From NCBI GenBank assembly GCA_001179505.1, contig CDMY01000307.1, forward strand, positions 62,001 through 126,000: 64,000 nt of DNA, in the 5' to 3' direction. The notes below the pieces were generated by a model. That model was not told the origin of the DNA. It saw nothing but the letters and a program-made list of their open reading frames with translations, and made no database searches. The DNA comes from Vitrella brassicaformis CCMP3155 (taxonomy: Eukaryota; Protista; Chromerida). Shown piece after piece: positions 24,689 through 37,266 of this stretch; position 1 is the stretch's first letter, and each line of letters opens with the position of its first letter. A program made the translations under genes and the position numbers.

Positions 24689-26096
24689 TCAGTCGAGGTG
24701 CTCAGAGGCCTTCCTGAGCTCTGCCGATATTTCCTCGTCCGTTATCCACCTGGGCACACACACACCGCATGCACCAGACGCTGCAGACAGGTGTCAGAAG
24801 AGATGGTGAGAATGTACATACCGTTGTGGCGGAACTTTGGCCGAGCCCTTCCTCCGTGTGGCGGATGACACATGCACCTCTGCTGGCGACCGCACCTGGC
24901 CACTCATCCGCTCACACGCAGGCTGCTGCGCACCTGCAGCCATCAAAGAATGCACACACGTGAAGGTGAATGGAAGGCACGGATGTGGCTCTTTCTGGCG
25001 ATGTGTCTGTGTGTCCTACTTTCGATGGCTCGTTGCTCCAGGCGCCGCATTTTGACCTGTGCGATCGTGGTGGCGAGCTGGGGCAGGAGGCCCTGGCGCT
25101 CCTTCTCCTTGTGATAGCTGACACCACACAACAATCAGGCTCGTAAGTACCGTACCTTAGTACGCGGCAGCTGCTGACTGTCATCAGGACGAATGCCTGT
25201 CTGTCAGTGCATGTCTGCTTGCCGTTTGTTTTTTCTGTCGCCGATGTCCAGTTTGATGTGCTCGATCTCCACCCTCTTGGCCCGCCCACCCACACGCAAC
25301 CCCTGACACACCGCAGATGGACACAAAGACAGACAGACAGACAGAGCCGTGTATCACGGCAGCCGCGAAATGATTGGTGCGTACTTGTAGTTGCTTGAGA
25401 AGGTAGCCGAGCTGCTCGTTCTGGAAGTCGACGGCATTGACGCAGTTGGTGTAGCTCACGCTGACACGCAATGCACCGCACCCATACACACACACAGAAA
25501 GACAGTGAATCAATGTGCGTGTTGGTCGTACTATCATGCCCACCCACCCCATGTGGTCGAGCTGCTGCCTCTCCTGGTCGGTCATGTAGGGCACATGTGC
25601 CTCCCAGTCGTCAGAGTGAAAGAAACCATACACCTGCCCACCACACACACAGAGATAAACAACGAGAAGCATGAGTCAAGGTCCGATCTCTTCCCACATG
25701 CGTCACGCACCTGGTCTGTCTGTGTGCGGCGCTGCTCGACGGACTCGTAAGACTCCTCCTCGACACACGCATCTGCCAAACCAACACACGCATTCACCAT
25801 CCACACACGCTGAATGCGGGCACCCGTCGCGATGGATCTTTTGCACCTTCTTCCTCTGATTCAGATCCCAACACGTGCTTGAACAGCCACAAAGCCATGT
25901 CCTCTCTGAGGGAGAGAGCGGTTTCACGAAATGAGTCGCGAAAGCTTCTGATAACGGCAGCGGCGGTTGAGAGAGAGAGCTGTTGTGAGCTCAGAGAATG
26001 ATGGATGAGCATTCTTGGCACCTTTCCGGATGCTGTGGGTGCCAGAGGAGGCGGCCTCCACTGACCGGCCGTACTGACATCTGAGTCGGTGAGCAT
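24689..26096 (-). CDS. Hypothetical protein (multi-exon orphan)
   Basis: GT-AG bounded coding-like exons (DMALWLFKHVLG, YGFFHSDDWEAHVPYMTDQE, YTNCVNAVDFQNEQLGYLLKQLQ, WITDEEISAELRKASEHLD*). No family recognised. Confidence 0.5.
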
Positions 26097-26184
26097 TGAG
26101 ATGAGAGGAATGGCCAGCTGGAGGGATCGGACGCACTGTGCCTCTGCACTCTTGTTTGCAGGCGTGTTTGGCCAGCGCGGCGCC

Positions 26185-27998
26185 ATGGCTGCAGCGGCAT
26201 CTTCATCCGCTGCCGCCGACCTCCCGCAGCCACAGGTACTCCATTCACTCTCTCATTTGGTTGATTGGTTTGTCGGTTCCATCCATCCATTCATCAGATG
26301 CTGCCGTCGTCCCACGAGCGCTACAAGAACGGCACGCGTGTGTGGATGGTGACGGCCAAGCGGGAGAAGGGCACGCAGGAGTGGGTGACGGCCGACGTCT
26401 ATCGCACTGAGGAGACCAACGGGGCCACGAGGGTGTCCATGAGGGAGGTAGAGGGGACAGAGGAGTTCACTGTGGTGGTGCCGCACCAGGCCAAGGCGTC
26501 GCCGCACGGCCAACAGGTACTTCACTCAGTAGGCAGAGCTGCCTCCACCTCCACTGCTTAATGATCCTGTCTGTGTTGTGTCTGATGTGATGTGTGTGCA
26601 GGTGCATAAGGGCTTCAGGTTCGTCAAGACGGTACCTGTGGAGCAGCTTGTAGATGAGGATACTGACAGCGGCACGGTATTCAGGCAGCCACAGACACAC
26701 GATTGAATCAAGCAGCCCACACCGCCTCCCTCCTCTCCGTTGGTTGCCTTGTTGTTCTGTCCGGCCATCAGCCTCGTCTGTTTAAGCTGCCCCAGGAGGT
26801 CGAGAAGGGCGTCCTCTTCCCCCTCCTCGGCGGCGACCTGGCCATCAGCCTGGCCCGCGTCCGCACCACATGCCGCCTTGGCGGAGAGCGGGTCTCTGCG
26901 GACCTCCTCAGATCGCTGATCGACACACAGCTGACCGGCAAGGGCCTCAAGGACATCATCAGCTATGACCTGCCGTCTGTCGGTCAGCTGCAGCGGCTCC
27001 TGCACATCATCCAGCAGAGCGGCGAGTGGGCGGCAACGGTGCCCATCATCAGAGTGGCCAAGCACCAGGGGCGGGGAGGGGGGCGGTTGCCGATAGAGCT
27101 GGACAGTGCTGATGTGTACGGGGTGGGCAGCCGGGCGGTGTTCGACGGGCGGTGTGAGGCGCTGCGGCAGCTCTCTCTCATCGGCCATTACGTCGGTGTG
27201 ACGCTGCGGCGCGTCAATGGCGAGGAGCGGCTGGGTGGGGAGGGGCTGACCATCCACACGCCAGATACGCTGCCGGCCGACCATCCCTACCGCGATGGAT
27301 ACGACTCGGCCAACCCCGTGTGTCAGATTGGAAGTGAGGGCGGGAGGGAGGAAGGGAGAGAGCTATGAGTGATGGGTGTGTGTCTGTTTGCAGTCTGTGA
27401 GTATGCTTCAGTTCGCGACGCTGTGTTGCTTGAGTGAGAAAGATGAGCAAAATGATACACATAAACACATTGGCTGCACCACTCTGCCATGATGTGTCTG
27501 ATCAGGATGTGCTGGGGAGGGTCGGTGGTCGCGGACCAGTTGGTGTTGCAGGATGAAGATGCCCCAAGCTACGAGCGACTCGTCAGTCAAACACACACAC
27601 ACACACACACAATTGCCTCACCAGCTGTCCCACTCACTACTCATTGTCATATCTCCCTTTCCCTTCAGACATCGCTCGCCACTCAGCAGCCTCCAGTATG
27701 GAAGTGCCACACCATCGGCACCAGCCACTTGGGGCTTGGCACAGAACTAGAACGCTTCTACCGAGTGATAGTGCTGCACGGCGACCAGCCCCACCACACA
27801 TTATTCGAGGCAACCATCTACATCCGCAGCAACCCCACCTTTGCCCACGCCTTCCTCTACACGACGGAGCGACCGGTGGATGGCAAGGAGGGAGCCGCCA
27901 CATTCCCCCAGACAGTGAGGGTGGCGCGGCAGCTGATGGGGGACGATGCCGTGGTGGCGTTCGGCAATCAGCTGGACGTAGCTGTAGACAAACACTAA
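26185..27998 (+). CDS. Lineage-specific F-box-like family protein, copy 3 (C-terminally shorter)
   Basis: MAAAASSSAAADLPQPQ, then exons and introns near-identical to copy 1 (RYKNGTRVWMV, RLFKLPQEVEKG, VIVLHGDQPH). Stops at NQLDVAVDKH*. Confidence 0.8.
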
Positions 27999-29470
27999 CT
28001 AATCTCTCAACTCTCGCGTGTACAGAGAGTCTGCCTGTCTGTGTGTCTGTCTGTCTGGCTGGCCACGGCAGCAGATGGGAGGCCGACAGGCAGGCAGGCA
28101 GGCAGGTGTGTGTGTGTAGTCGAGAGACTGACTGACAGCTTTGTTCGTGGCGGGGTGGGGTGCATGGGACGGAGTGGACGGACTTTCTTAGCAACGGGAT
28201 GCAATGGGGATCCTCACTGTCTCCCCCACAGACACATGGTCACCGACGCCCAACACACACACACACCAATCTCATCTCTGTTGACATATTGCCAGACGTC
28301 GAATTTATAGGCAGCGCCTCTTAAGTACACAAACATCGGTCTATCCATCTCACACACGTACACACATAAGTACCGACACGGCCAGGGCCAATGAATGCGA
28401 CACAAGGGAACACACATCCATGACGCCCACAGCTGCACCCATGTGTGTGTGTGTGTGTCTGTTGTCCACAGCAGCCCTTGATGCCCCGCGACTCTGACAG
28501 ACACACGCACAGACAGACAGACAGACAGACACACAGACATCCACAGATGCGTGCTCTTGTTGTGTAGACTGAAATTTCGTTTTACAGCAACACCGCTGCC
28601 TACATTTTATTATATCTTTCTTGTGGGGGGTGTGTTTGCATTGATGTGATGTTTGTGTCGCGGATGGACCTTATGCAGGTGTGGACGAGCCACGGCTTTC
28701 CCGTGCGTGTGATAGATTGAATCCATGTGCACACATTTCTTACGTCTCGCTGCGCTGACACAACATTCAGTCCGTAAGTCGCTTGCTCACCCACTCGCCC
28801 CCTCGCTCACAGTCTCTCTCGTTGAGTGTCTCTCCCCTCCCTCCCTCCCTCCCTCCCTCCCCCTCTCGAGGAAGAACCAGCATTCATGCTCCCACGAGGA
28901 GCCCCACTCGCCACACCACACTAATCAGGCCATATGGCATTCAGCATCTCACACAATCAGAACAATCAGAATAGAATGGGCAGCTCAGTTGCCGCGACAG
29001 AGCTGCGACAGGTGTGTGTGTATGTATGTGTGTAGAGGAGAGGATAGAATGTCGGGAAAACTATGCGGAGGAGCGTGGCGTGACAGAGAGGATAGAGAGA
29101 GTGAAGAGTGAGAGCCGAGAACTTACAGACAGACAGACAGACAGACAGCACTAGAAGCAAAAGAGCACACTCAGATAATAACCAAATTATGCCTACTACC
29201 CTAATGGGATTGCGATATTCATCAGCCGTGGACGGTAGGCGTCCCTCCCCGCGTGCCTCCTTTGCAGCACACGGACACGACACGCAACCACCACACCGCA
29301 TCGCATCCTCACCTATATCACAAAAGTACAGCAAAACCCCCTAGCTTGTGGATACGCGCACGCGCACGCACACGCACACGCACAGATGTGAGTGTATGCA
29401 CAGACAAATTCTAGAGCCACAAGGGGGTAGAAGATGCTCGTCTTGACTAACTTGAAGAAGACTTGGTCAA

Positions 29471-30423
29471 CTACTCAACTTGAATCCAACCACTGTCTGG
29501 CTCCACTGCAAGCCACAACAGACATACACACATGCACATGGCCTCCCCCTTCTAGATACCCCTCCCTCCCCCACTGTGTGGTTCCCACTGCTTACCGAGG
29601 TTGCATCTGATCTCTCCTGGCATGTTCTCGAGGGTGTGAATGTTGACATATACCTGCTCGGCCGCGATTGCCGCAATCAAAGCCGACAGCTCCTCTCCCT
29701 CGAGAGCATTGACGAGGTCATCGCCGTCGAATATTCCATCTGCCGGCAAAGCAAATGCACCCGTCCGTCCATCGCGCGCCCACACGCGCACACACGCTCA
29801 CACGTACCTCTCACGACCACGCCATTCAGGATAACCGGCTCTCCGGGCTTCAGTGGCGCATTGCCCGAGTTGGGAACTCCGGTGAGGCCGACATCCGACA
29901 GGGCACCATCGAAGTTGCGGAAGTTCAGAGGCAGGATGAAGCCCACAACGTCGCCGGTGCACGGAGCACTGCTGTCATCGGCGCCGGCCGCTGTGGGTGT
30001 GCCGGTGAGTTCGCCCTCAGTGCAAAGGTGGAAGTGAACGCCAATCACATCCACGATGTCATTGAGAATCTGCAAGCAACACAAGGAGAGGCCGGTCAGG
30101 CGCGTCTCAGTGCATCGTCGGCACGTACGCACCAGGTCGAGTATAAGCTCCTTGCCCGTGAAGACGAAGCGGAAGAGGCCCGTGGCATTGGTCTCGCTCG
30201 GGATGGGCTGCTCGAACTCCGGAAGGCATTCAAACTCGAAGGGAACATTGATCTTGCTTGGAGGGTCCTGCTCCTGGACGCCGGACTTCGCCGCCAGCTG
30301 ATCCTTGACGTCTTTCTCCGGGGCCAGCCACTGGAGGGGGAAGGGCAGGTCTGGCTTCTCTCCTGCCGTCGCCACACATGCTGATGAGAGGGCGATGAGA
30401 ACGGCGACGCACAGACGCTCCAT
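29471..30423 (-). CDS. Secreted CHRD-domain protein
   Basis: Signal peptide MERLCVAVLIALSSACVATA; SETNATGLFRF; GVHFH; C-terminal YVNIHTLENMPGEIRCNL, matching the CHRD YxNxHT..P.GEIR motif. Confidence 0.8.
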
Positions 30424-30713
30424 GGGCCTCTCGTGTGCGGAAGGGAAAAGTACGAGAGAGAGAGAGAGATGTCGTTTTTTTGCTCCGAAGTTGTACAGTG
30501 TGTGGTAGATTCGCCGTCGGGGCCGCTGAAATGCTAGGATTACGATGGGCGCTAATCGCGTCTCATGCACCAGACGCGGCGCACACAGTCCTTTCCTCCC
30601 TCTTTGAGGCAACACATCAGCTTGTCTACAGCCCTCTCCCTCCGTCGCTTCATTCGCAGGCCACTCTCACAGACCGGTCAGCCACATATATTGCGCGCGT
30701 CTGTCGTCATTCA

Positions 30714-31895
30714 TCATCCTGCAATCGCGCTGATCTCATTGGGGTCCAGCCTGATGGCAGGGCCCATCGTGGTGCTCAAAGTGGCCTTCCTGAACAGCTT
30801 CCCTGCACACAACACAGCAAGTCAGGAACAGCCAGGTCGGTCGGTTGTGGTTGGTGTGATTGATTGCCCTCTCCCTTCCTTCTGTCTGCCCACCCACCCA
30901 CCCACCTACCCCACCTGATGCGGAGGCAGGCCTGTTGTTCTTGACGGACACGAGGAGGGCAGCGAGGTTCTCCCTCAGCTCCTTGGCGCCGGACGTCACC
31001 TTCCCGATGCCCATGTGCAGCACGCCCGTCTTGTCGGCACGGTACTGATACGTCTCACGCCTGCCACCCACAGGAAGGACACGACACACACGGTGTGTGT
31101 GGCTGCCTGCCCCTCTCCCTCCCGTCCTCCCTCCCCCCGCCACACAGCACACCTGAATCGCTGGACGGCTTCGTCGAAGTCATCAGTGACGGTGCCCATC
31201 TTGGCGGTGGGCATGAGGCCCTTCGGCCCGAGGATCTTGCCGATCCGCCCCACCTTGGCCATCACGTCGGGCGAGCAGATGAGGATGTCGAAGTTGATCT
31301 GCCCCTCCTGGATGGAAGCGATCATTTCCTCACCGCCGACCTCGTCGGCGCCAGTGGCGGTGGCGAGCTCCTCCTTGCCAGGCGACGTGATGATGGCGAT
31401 GCGACGCGTCTTGCCCAGGGAGTGCGGGAAGGTCACCTGAGCCCGGACGGTCTGGTCGGACCTGACACACACAACCACAGGCCATGTGATGCGTATCGTT
31501 GTGAGCCTCGCGAGCCTGTCTTCTCCTCACCGTTTGGGGTCGATGCCAAGGTTGAGGTGGATCTCCACTGTCTCGGTGAACTTGGCTTTGGCGAACTTCT
31601 TGGCGAGCTCAATCCCCTCCGCCACAGAATGCTCCTCCTCCTTGTCCGGCAGATCGTCGGACACGTCTCGCCACCTCTTGCTGAGCTTCTCATTCCCCCG
31701 CACCAGCACTGCAGGCCGTTCAGTGAGCGACGGGCGGGATGACGGGCGGGGCGGGGCAAGCGCAGAGGGAAGGGGGGCGAAAGCTGACGAGTGGGAGTCA
31801 AGGCGGCGGCCGAGGGCGAGAGAAATGAGGGCCAGGAGAGGCAGGATGAAGTGAGGGAGGGGGAGGGTGCGTCGAAAGACGGAGATCTTGACCAT
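30714..31895 (-). CDS. rpl1: Plastid 50S ribosomal protein uL1 with bipartite leader
   Basis: AKFTETVEIHLNLGIDPK, DQTVR, ILGPKGLMP.AKMGTVT, YRADKTG.LH..IGK, STTMGP. Leader has a signal peptide then SSAFAP. Confidence 0.95.
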
Positions 31896-32402
31896 TCCTC
31901 TGCACAATGGTGCTGCACTGCAGGTATCCATCATCACTTCTGCGTTTCCTTGTTCCCAGAGTGATGGCTTCAGAAAGCTCGCTGCAAGCTGTAGCTCGCA
32001 ACAGAGCGAAAGCGAAGGGAGGGAGATTTGTCATGTGTGAGCAGATGTGGCCACTGTCTGTGCGTCAACCATCCTAATCTGGCCCCTTGGCGTCGCCGAC
32101 GAATCTGTGTAGCTTCGCTAACGTGTGACCAGGTTGGGTGGGGACACAGCTGGCTCGCCAGATAGCTGGCAACATGACGGAGAGGCCGACCTGAGTGCTC
32201 TTTTGTCTTTGTGTCGTCATTGTCAGGCCTGCAAGCAGCGATATCTGTTGACGGAAACGCACGACGCCTTCTGCCGAGAGCGGAGGTGGGAGAGGCCGAA
32301 ATTGCCCACGAGAAGGCCGCAGTGGGTGTGTCTGTGCTTCAGGTAGCCTTGTTGATTGGTGATCTGTCATTTTCGTCCCTTCCCCAGCCCCCACAGGATA
32401 GG

Positions 32403-32905
32403 ATGATGGCCGAGCAACTTGCGGCCGAACCCTACTCCCAGCCTCCAGTCGCCGCCCCCACCCACCCCACCGCGGCCAACGGCAGCGGCGCCGGACAGCA
32501 GCAAGAGCAGCAGCATGACGAGTCCATAGATCAGTTCAACGGCTTCACGGGCATCGGCCCGGTGCAGTCGGACATCGGCGGCAACGAGACTCCCCATCGG
32601 TCGGTGTCGCAGGTCGACGTCGTCCCCGGGGGGGAGCCAGAGCCAGAGGAGGGGCCGCAGCGTAAGTCGATAAGGAGAAGGGGGTGCGTACCAGTGAAAG
32701 GGAGGGAGGGCGTCTTATCCGTCCTGTTGTGTTGTGTGTGTGGGTGTATGTGTGTGTGTGGTGTAGTTGACATAGCGTTTACGACTATCCAGAACGATGC
32801 CACGGATGAGAGCTACCGGAAACTGGTGGCCCTCAAGGTCAGACACTCTGCCTGCCTGCCGGCCAAGCAGCCAGCAGCTATGCCCCCAACGACACTGACC
32901 CACTG

Positions 32906-32941
<36 letters not shown>

Positions 32942-35900
32942 TGAGGATGGTGCAGACGCTGTATTGCTCTCGGATGCCGGAGCTTGACGCGGCGTTTGTG
33001 TTCAAGATAATCATGGATCGGTCCTACAACTCCTTCTGTCTCATCAAGGGCGGACAGATCATGGGCGGCATCACATACAGGACGTTCCTCGAACGCGTAA
33101 ACCACCCACGCCCCATCCCCCGACCCACCCACCCACCCACCCACACGCCCACACGGCAAAGGCAAACGAGATGTCGACGTGGCTTTGTGTGTGTCTGTGT
33201 GTGTGTATGGGCGCAGGGGTTTGTTGAGCTGGCACTGCTGGCCATCGGCCCTGAGGCGCAGGCGCAGTACCAGGACTGCGGGAGCGTGTTGCTGGCGCAT
33301 CTCAAGGAGAACCTCAAGAGCCTCCAGATGGCCGATGACCAGCGGCTGGAGTGCCTCGTCACGTTCGCCGACAACGGCGCACTCTCCTTCTATGAGAGAC
33401 AGGTCAGCCGACCTCACCTCACCCCACCTCACGCAGTGCAAGGGAGTGCGGACACTTTGTTTGTGTGTGTGTGGCTGTCAGGGTTTTTCTTCCCACCTGC
33501 GATGGCCGGTGGAGAACTACAGTGGGCTGATCACGCACTATGAAGGAGGTGGGGCGGTGACCATGGGATACACCACACCACATGATACCATACCACACCA
33601 CATGGGGGCGCTCACCTGCCTGATTGGTTTGGCTCTTTCTCCCCTGAGCAGCGACGTTGATGGACTGCCCCATCAGCCACGAGATCGACTACATCGAGCA
33701 GCTTCTGCAGGCCGAGCAGGTAGCCAAACACACACACACACACACACATGAACGGGTGGAGTCACATGGCGCTTACACTCTGTGTGTGTGTTTGTGTGTG
33801 TCTGTCTCTTTGGTGCGTCTCGTCTGTGTCTGCAGCAAGAGGCCGATGACGGCATCCACGACCACAAGAGCACCAAGAAGATCAACATCCCTCAGTTCAG
33901 GTGTGCAAGACACGAACGAACAAGCCGTCCGTTGCTGCATTTGTGTACCTGCCTGCCTGCCTCCCTGTGTGTGTGTGTGTGTGTGTGGTCTCTGCTGGTA
34001 GGCATGAGTTGCGTCAGAAGACTGCGGGCGATGCCGAGGTGGTCCTCGCAGATCTCGAGTTCGACGGTATAGCCACAACACAACACAGACACTTGACACG
34101 GATTTTCCCCTCTCTGGTGTGTGTCGCGGATGGCAGACAATGACATCCCTGAGGCGTGGGAACTCAAATACGGCATTATGGTGCGCACACACGACCACAC
34201 ACACACACAGACACACACACCACATCAACCGTCAGCCTGCACGAGTCTCTCCTCGGTTCTTGTGTCTGGTGTTCAGAATGTCTACAACCAGATCCTGCAG
34301 GAGCGCGTCCGCCTGCAGTCGCTGCCTGACCCAACGTAAAGACCCACCACCACCACCACACACAGACCCAAACACACGCCTCCCTCTGCTCTGTGTCGCT
34401 CCTACCTTGGTGCAGGGAACCGACTGACGATCCGTCCATCGCCCGAGCCAAGAAGATGCTGCACGCCCGCTGGGAGGACTACAGCCGCCGGTTCAAGGCC
34501 ATGGTCCACTGGTCGGCCGTCAGGCGGGGCTTCATCACCGGGCACAGCGACGTCACCCGCCCCGTGGGCGTCGACACCCCCGGCGAGGGCCGGTGCAGCG
34601 TCTGCTTCGGGCCGGGCTACCAGTGGGACCGCACCAACCCCCTGCTCACCTGTTCGGCCTGCGGGGTTTCCGTGCACAAGCACTGCTACGGCATCAGCGA
34701 CCGGGAGTGCCTCAAGAGCCAGCAAGCGGGGGGCCAGTGGCTGTGCCAGCCCTGCCTGTGGAAGCAGAAGCAGAAGTCGCAGGGGCTGCCGGTGCCGGAC
34801 GGGCCGCTGACGTGCCTGGCGTGTCGGCGGAAGGGCGGCGCGCTGCGCAAGGCGAGCAACCACGAGTGGGTGCACGTGACCTGTGCCCTCTGGCTGATGC
34901 CCGAGGCCGTCTGCCAGAACCTCGAAAAGATGGAGGGCTGGTCCTTCGAGCACCTGGCAGAATGGAGGCACAAAGAGGTCGGTTCGCAAACTAACACGAC
35001 CAAGCCCAGCCCACAACGGCCCATCTCTCTCCTCTCCCCTTTCGTCAGATGTGCTCCCACTGCCGCAATCGCGGCGGGTTTGTGGTCAAGTGCGCCTATG
35101 TGGGCTGCCTGACGATGGTGCACCCTATGTGCGCATGGCGCGAGGGGCTGTTCGTGCGAGCGTTCGAGTCCAACCAGTACCTCTATTGGGAGGGCAAGGC
35201 CGACAAGTGCTTCCCGCAGCTCAAGATTGAGTACTTCTGCAACAGACACACTCCACAGCCAGCCGGGGGACCCCCGAGGTCAGTGGCCAGGGCGGCGGGG
35301 GAATGCGCGAACGACCCGTTGAGAGTGTCTCTGTGTGTGTGTGTGTGTGTTCTTCCCCTGGTTGGTTCAGGGACACCGAGCAGCAGCGTCAGTTCCGTGA
35401 GTCGCTCAACGAGGAGGAAAACGAGAACATGATTCAGGTGAGCCTTGACGCACTCTCACCACGCCCCCCCAACCCCCCCGCCCACACCACACACACACAC
35501 ACACATCCATCCATCCATCCATATGTCATCCCCTCTGTGTGGTGGATTCCATGCACACACAGCGTTTCCATGCCCGCTTTATCTCTCAGGAGCGTCACGA
35601 GGCCGGCGCCCGCCGCGGCTCCCGCCCCCGCATTCGCACATCCAGCGACGACGAGGACTGGTCCGAGGCCATGCACCACGAGGCCCCCAAGAGACGGCGG
35701 CAGCGCAGCCGAGACGACCTGGGCAGCGACGAGGACGCGGAGCCACGGGCCCGCATTCTTGGTGCCCGCACCAAGAATGCGCGTGGCGGCAGGAAGGACC
35801 ACCCCTGGGCACACTGCGACTCCTGCGGCAAGTGGCGGCGGCTGCCGGGCATCGAGTCCCGCGAGTTTGCGGACCTGCAGATGATGCACCACTGGGAGTG

Positions 35901-37266
35901 CGCCATGAACAGGTGGGACCCCGAGAAGGCCAGCTGCGACGCGCCCGAGAGCGACCCCGGAGGAGGAGGAGGAGCGGGCAGCCGCAAGGGCGGCAGCCGG
36001 CGTGAGCGTGACGAGGGCGACGAAGACGCCTTCATGGACGAGGACGTCTTGATGCTCGAGGAGGCCAGGGAGAGAGAGCGGAAGCCGCCCAAGCACAAGA
36101 AGAAAAAGAAGCGCGCGGCGTCCGCCGAGGGCTACGACGGGCCGCCGATGGACATCAACACGGCGCAGCAGATGTACCCCGAGGCCTTCATCCCTCTCAG
36201 CAACCCCAAACTGCGGCAAAACCCAAACGCAATCAGACACCGCATCTGCACTGCCTGCGGGGTGAGCTGAGCCAGCGATGAGCGTAGCAAAGCATGGGTG
36301 GGACTCAGAATCGAACGAACGGGTGACTGACTACGTCTTGGTGTGCGTGTGCCGGTGTGTGGTGTGATTCATTCAGCAAACTGCCAGTGCTCAGTGGCGC
36401 TTCTGGGACAACTACCTCGTCTGCAACAAGTGCTGGATGCGCAAGCGAAGCGCCAGGAGGCGCGGACTGGTCAGTCAGTGACAACACAAACAAGGTTTCA
36501 TGCCCCCCGCTCCCTCCCTTATATGTGTGTGATGTGTGATGTGTGATGTGTGGTGGCGTCATGTGATGGATCCAGCCCGACGAGACGGTCAACGCGCAGA
36601 TCGCCGCTGAGGCCATGAAGGCGGCTGCGACGTCGGGCAGCTCCAAGCGCAGCAAGTCCTCCAAGAAAAGGGATGAGGACGACGACCTCTACCACCCCAA
36701 CGAGGACGCTGGCGCACCCCCGCCCCCACCATCATACCACCACTCACCACGCACCCCCGCTCCCCCACACCACCCCGACCACCACGAGTACCCCCAGCGG
36801 CAGCAGCAGCCATATGGATCAGCAGCAGCAGCGGACGTGCCCAACGGCACAGGCGACATGGGCCTCGGCATCTCCCAGCACCAGCAGGAGCATGAGGCGG
36901 CCATGGCCATGGTGGCTGCGGCTGCGGCTGCTGGGGGCGTCGGGGGCTATGCCGCTGTGGCTGGGTGGTCCCAGGAGGGTGTGGGTGCTCATGGGGAGGC
37001 CGAGGGCGGCGCAGAGGGGATGGGGATGGAGCCCAGCCAGGATAAGGTATCGTGACACACACACGGACAGACAGACAGACACACACACACACACATGAGC
37101 ACGCCTCGGTGTGGTTGTCTCGTGCGGTGTTCAGGGCTATTCGGTGGTCCCCGCCCCAGGCGTCATGGGGGGCGGCGGCATGGCGGCCGCGTCGCAGCCG
37201 GCATTCCAACACCCACACCCACTCCCACTCCCGCCTGCACACACACACCACGACGCCGTCATGTGA
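32403..37266 (+). CDS. Chromatin protein: GCN5-type acetyltransferase domain, PHD/ePHD (PZP), CW zinc finger and GATA-like finger
   Basis: GGITYRTF, FVELALLAI, LVTFADN, QGFS, HYEGATLMDC (GCN5 fold). C-x2-C...HKHCYG PHD and WVHVTCA...HPMCA...YFCNRH ePHD. WAHCDSCGKWR...WEC..N.W CW finger. CTAC-x16-CNKC finger. No bromodomain seen. Confidence 0.85.

Noticed and set aside
26184-26187. Overlapping divergent start codons in CATG (minus ORF 25794-26186 and plus gene at 26185)
   Set aside because: The minus gene more plausibly starts at 26096. The extra N-terminal stretch has no support without transcript data.
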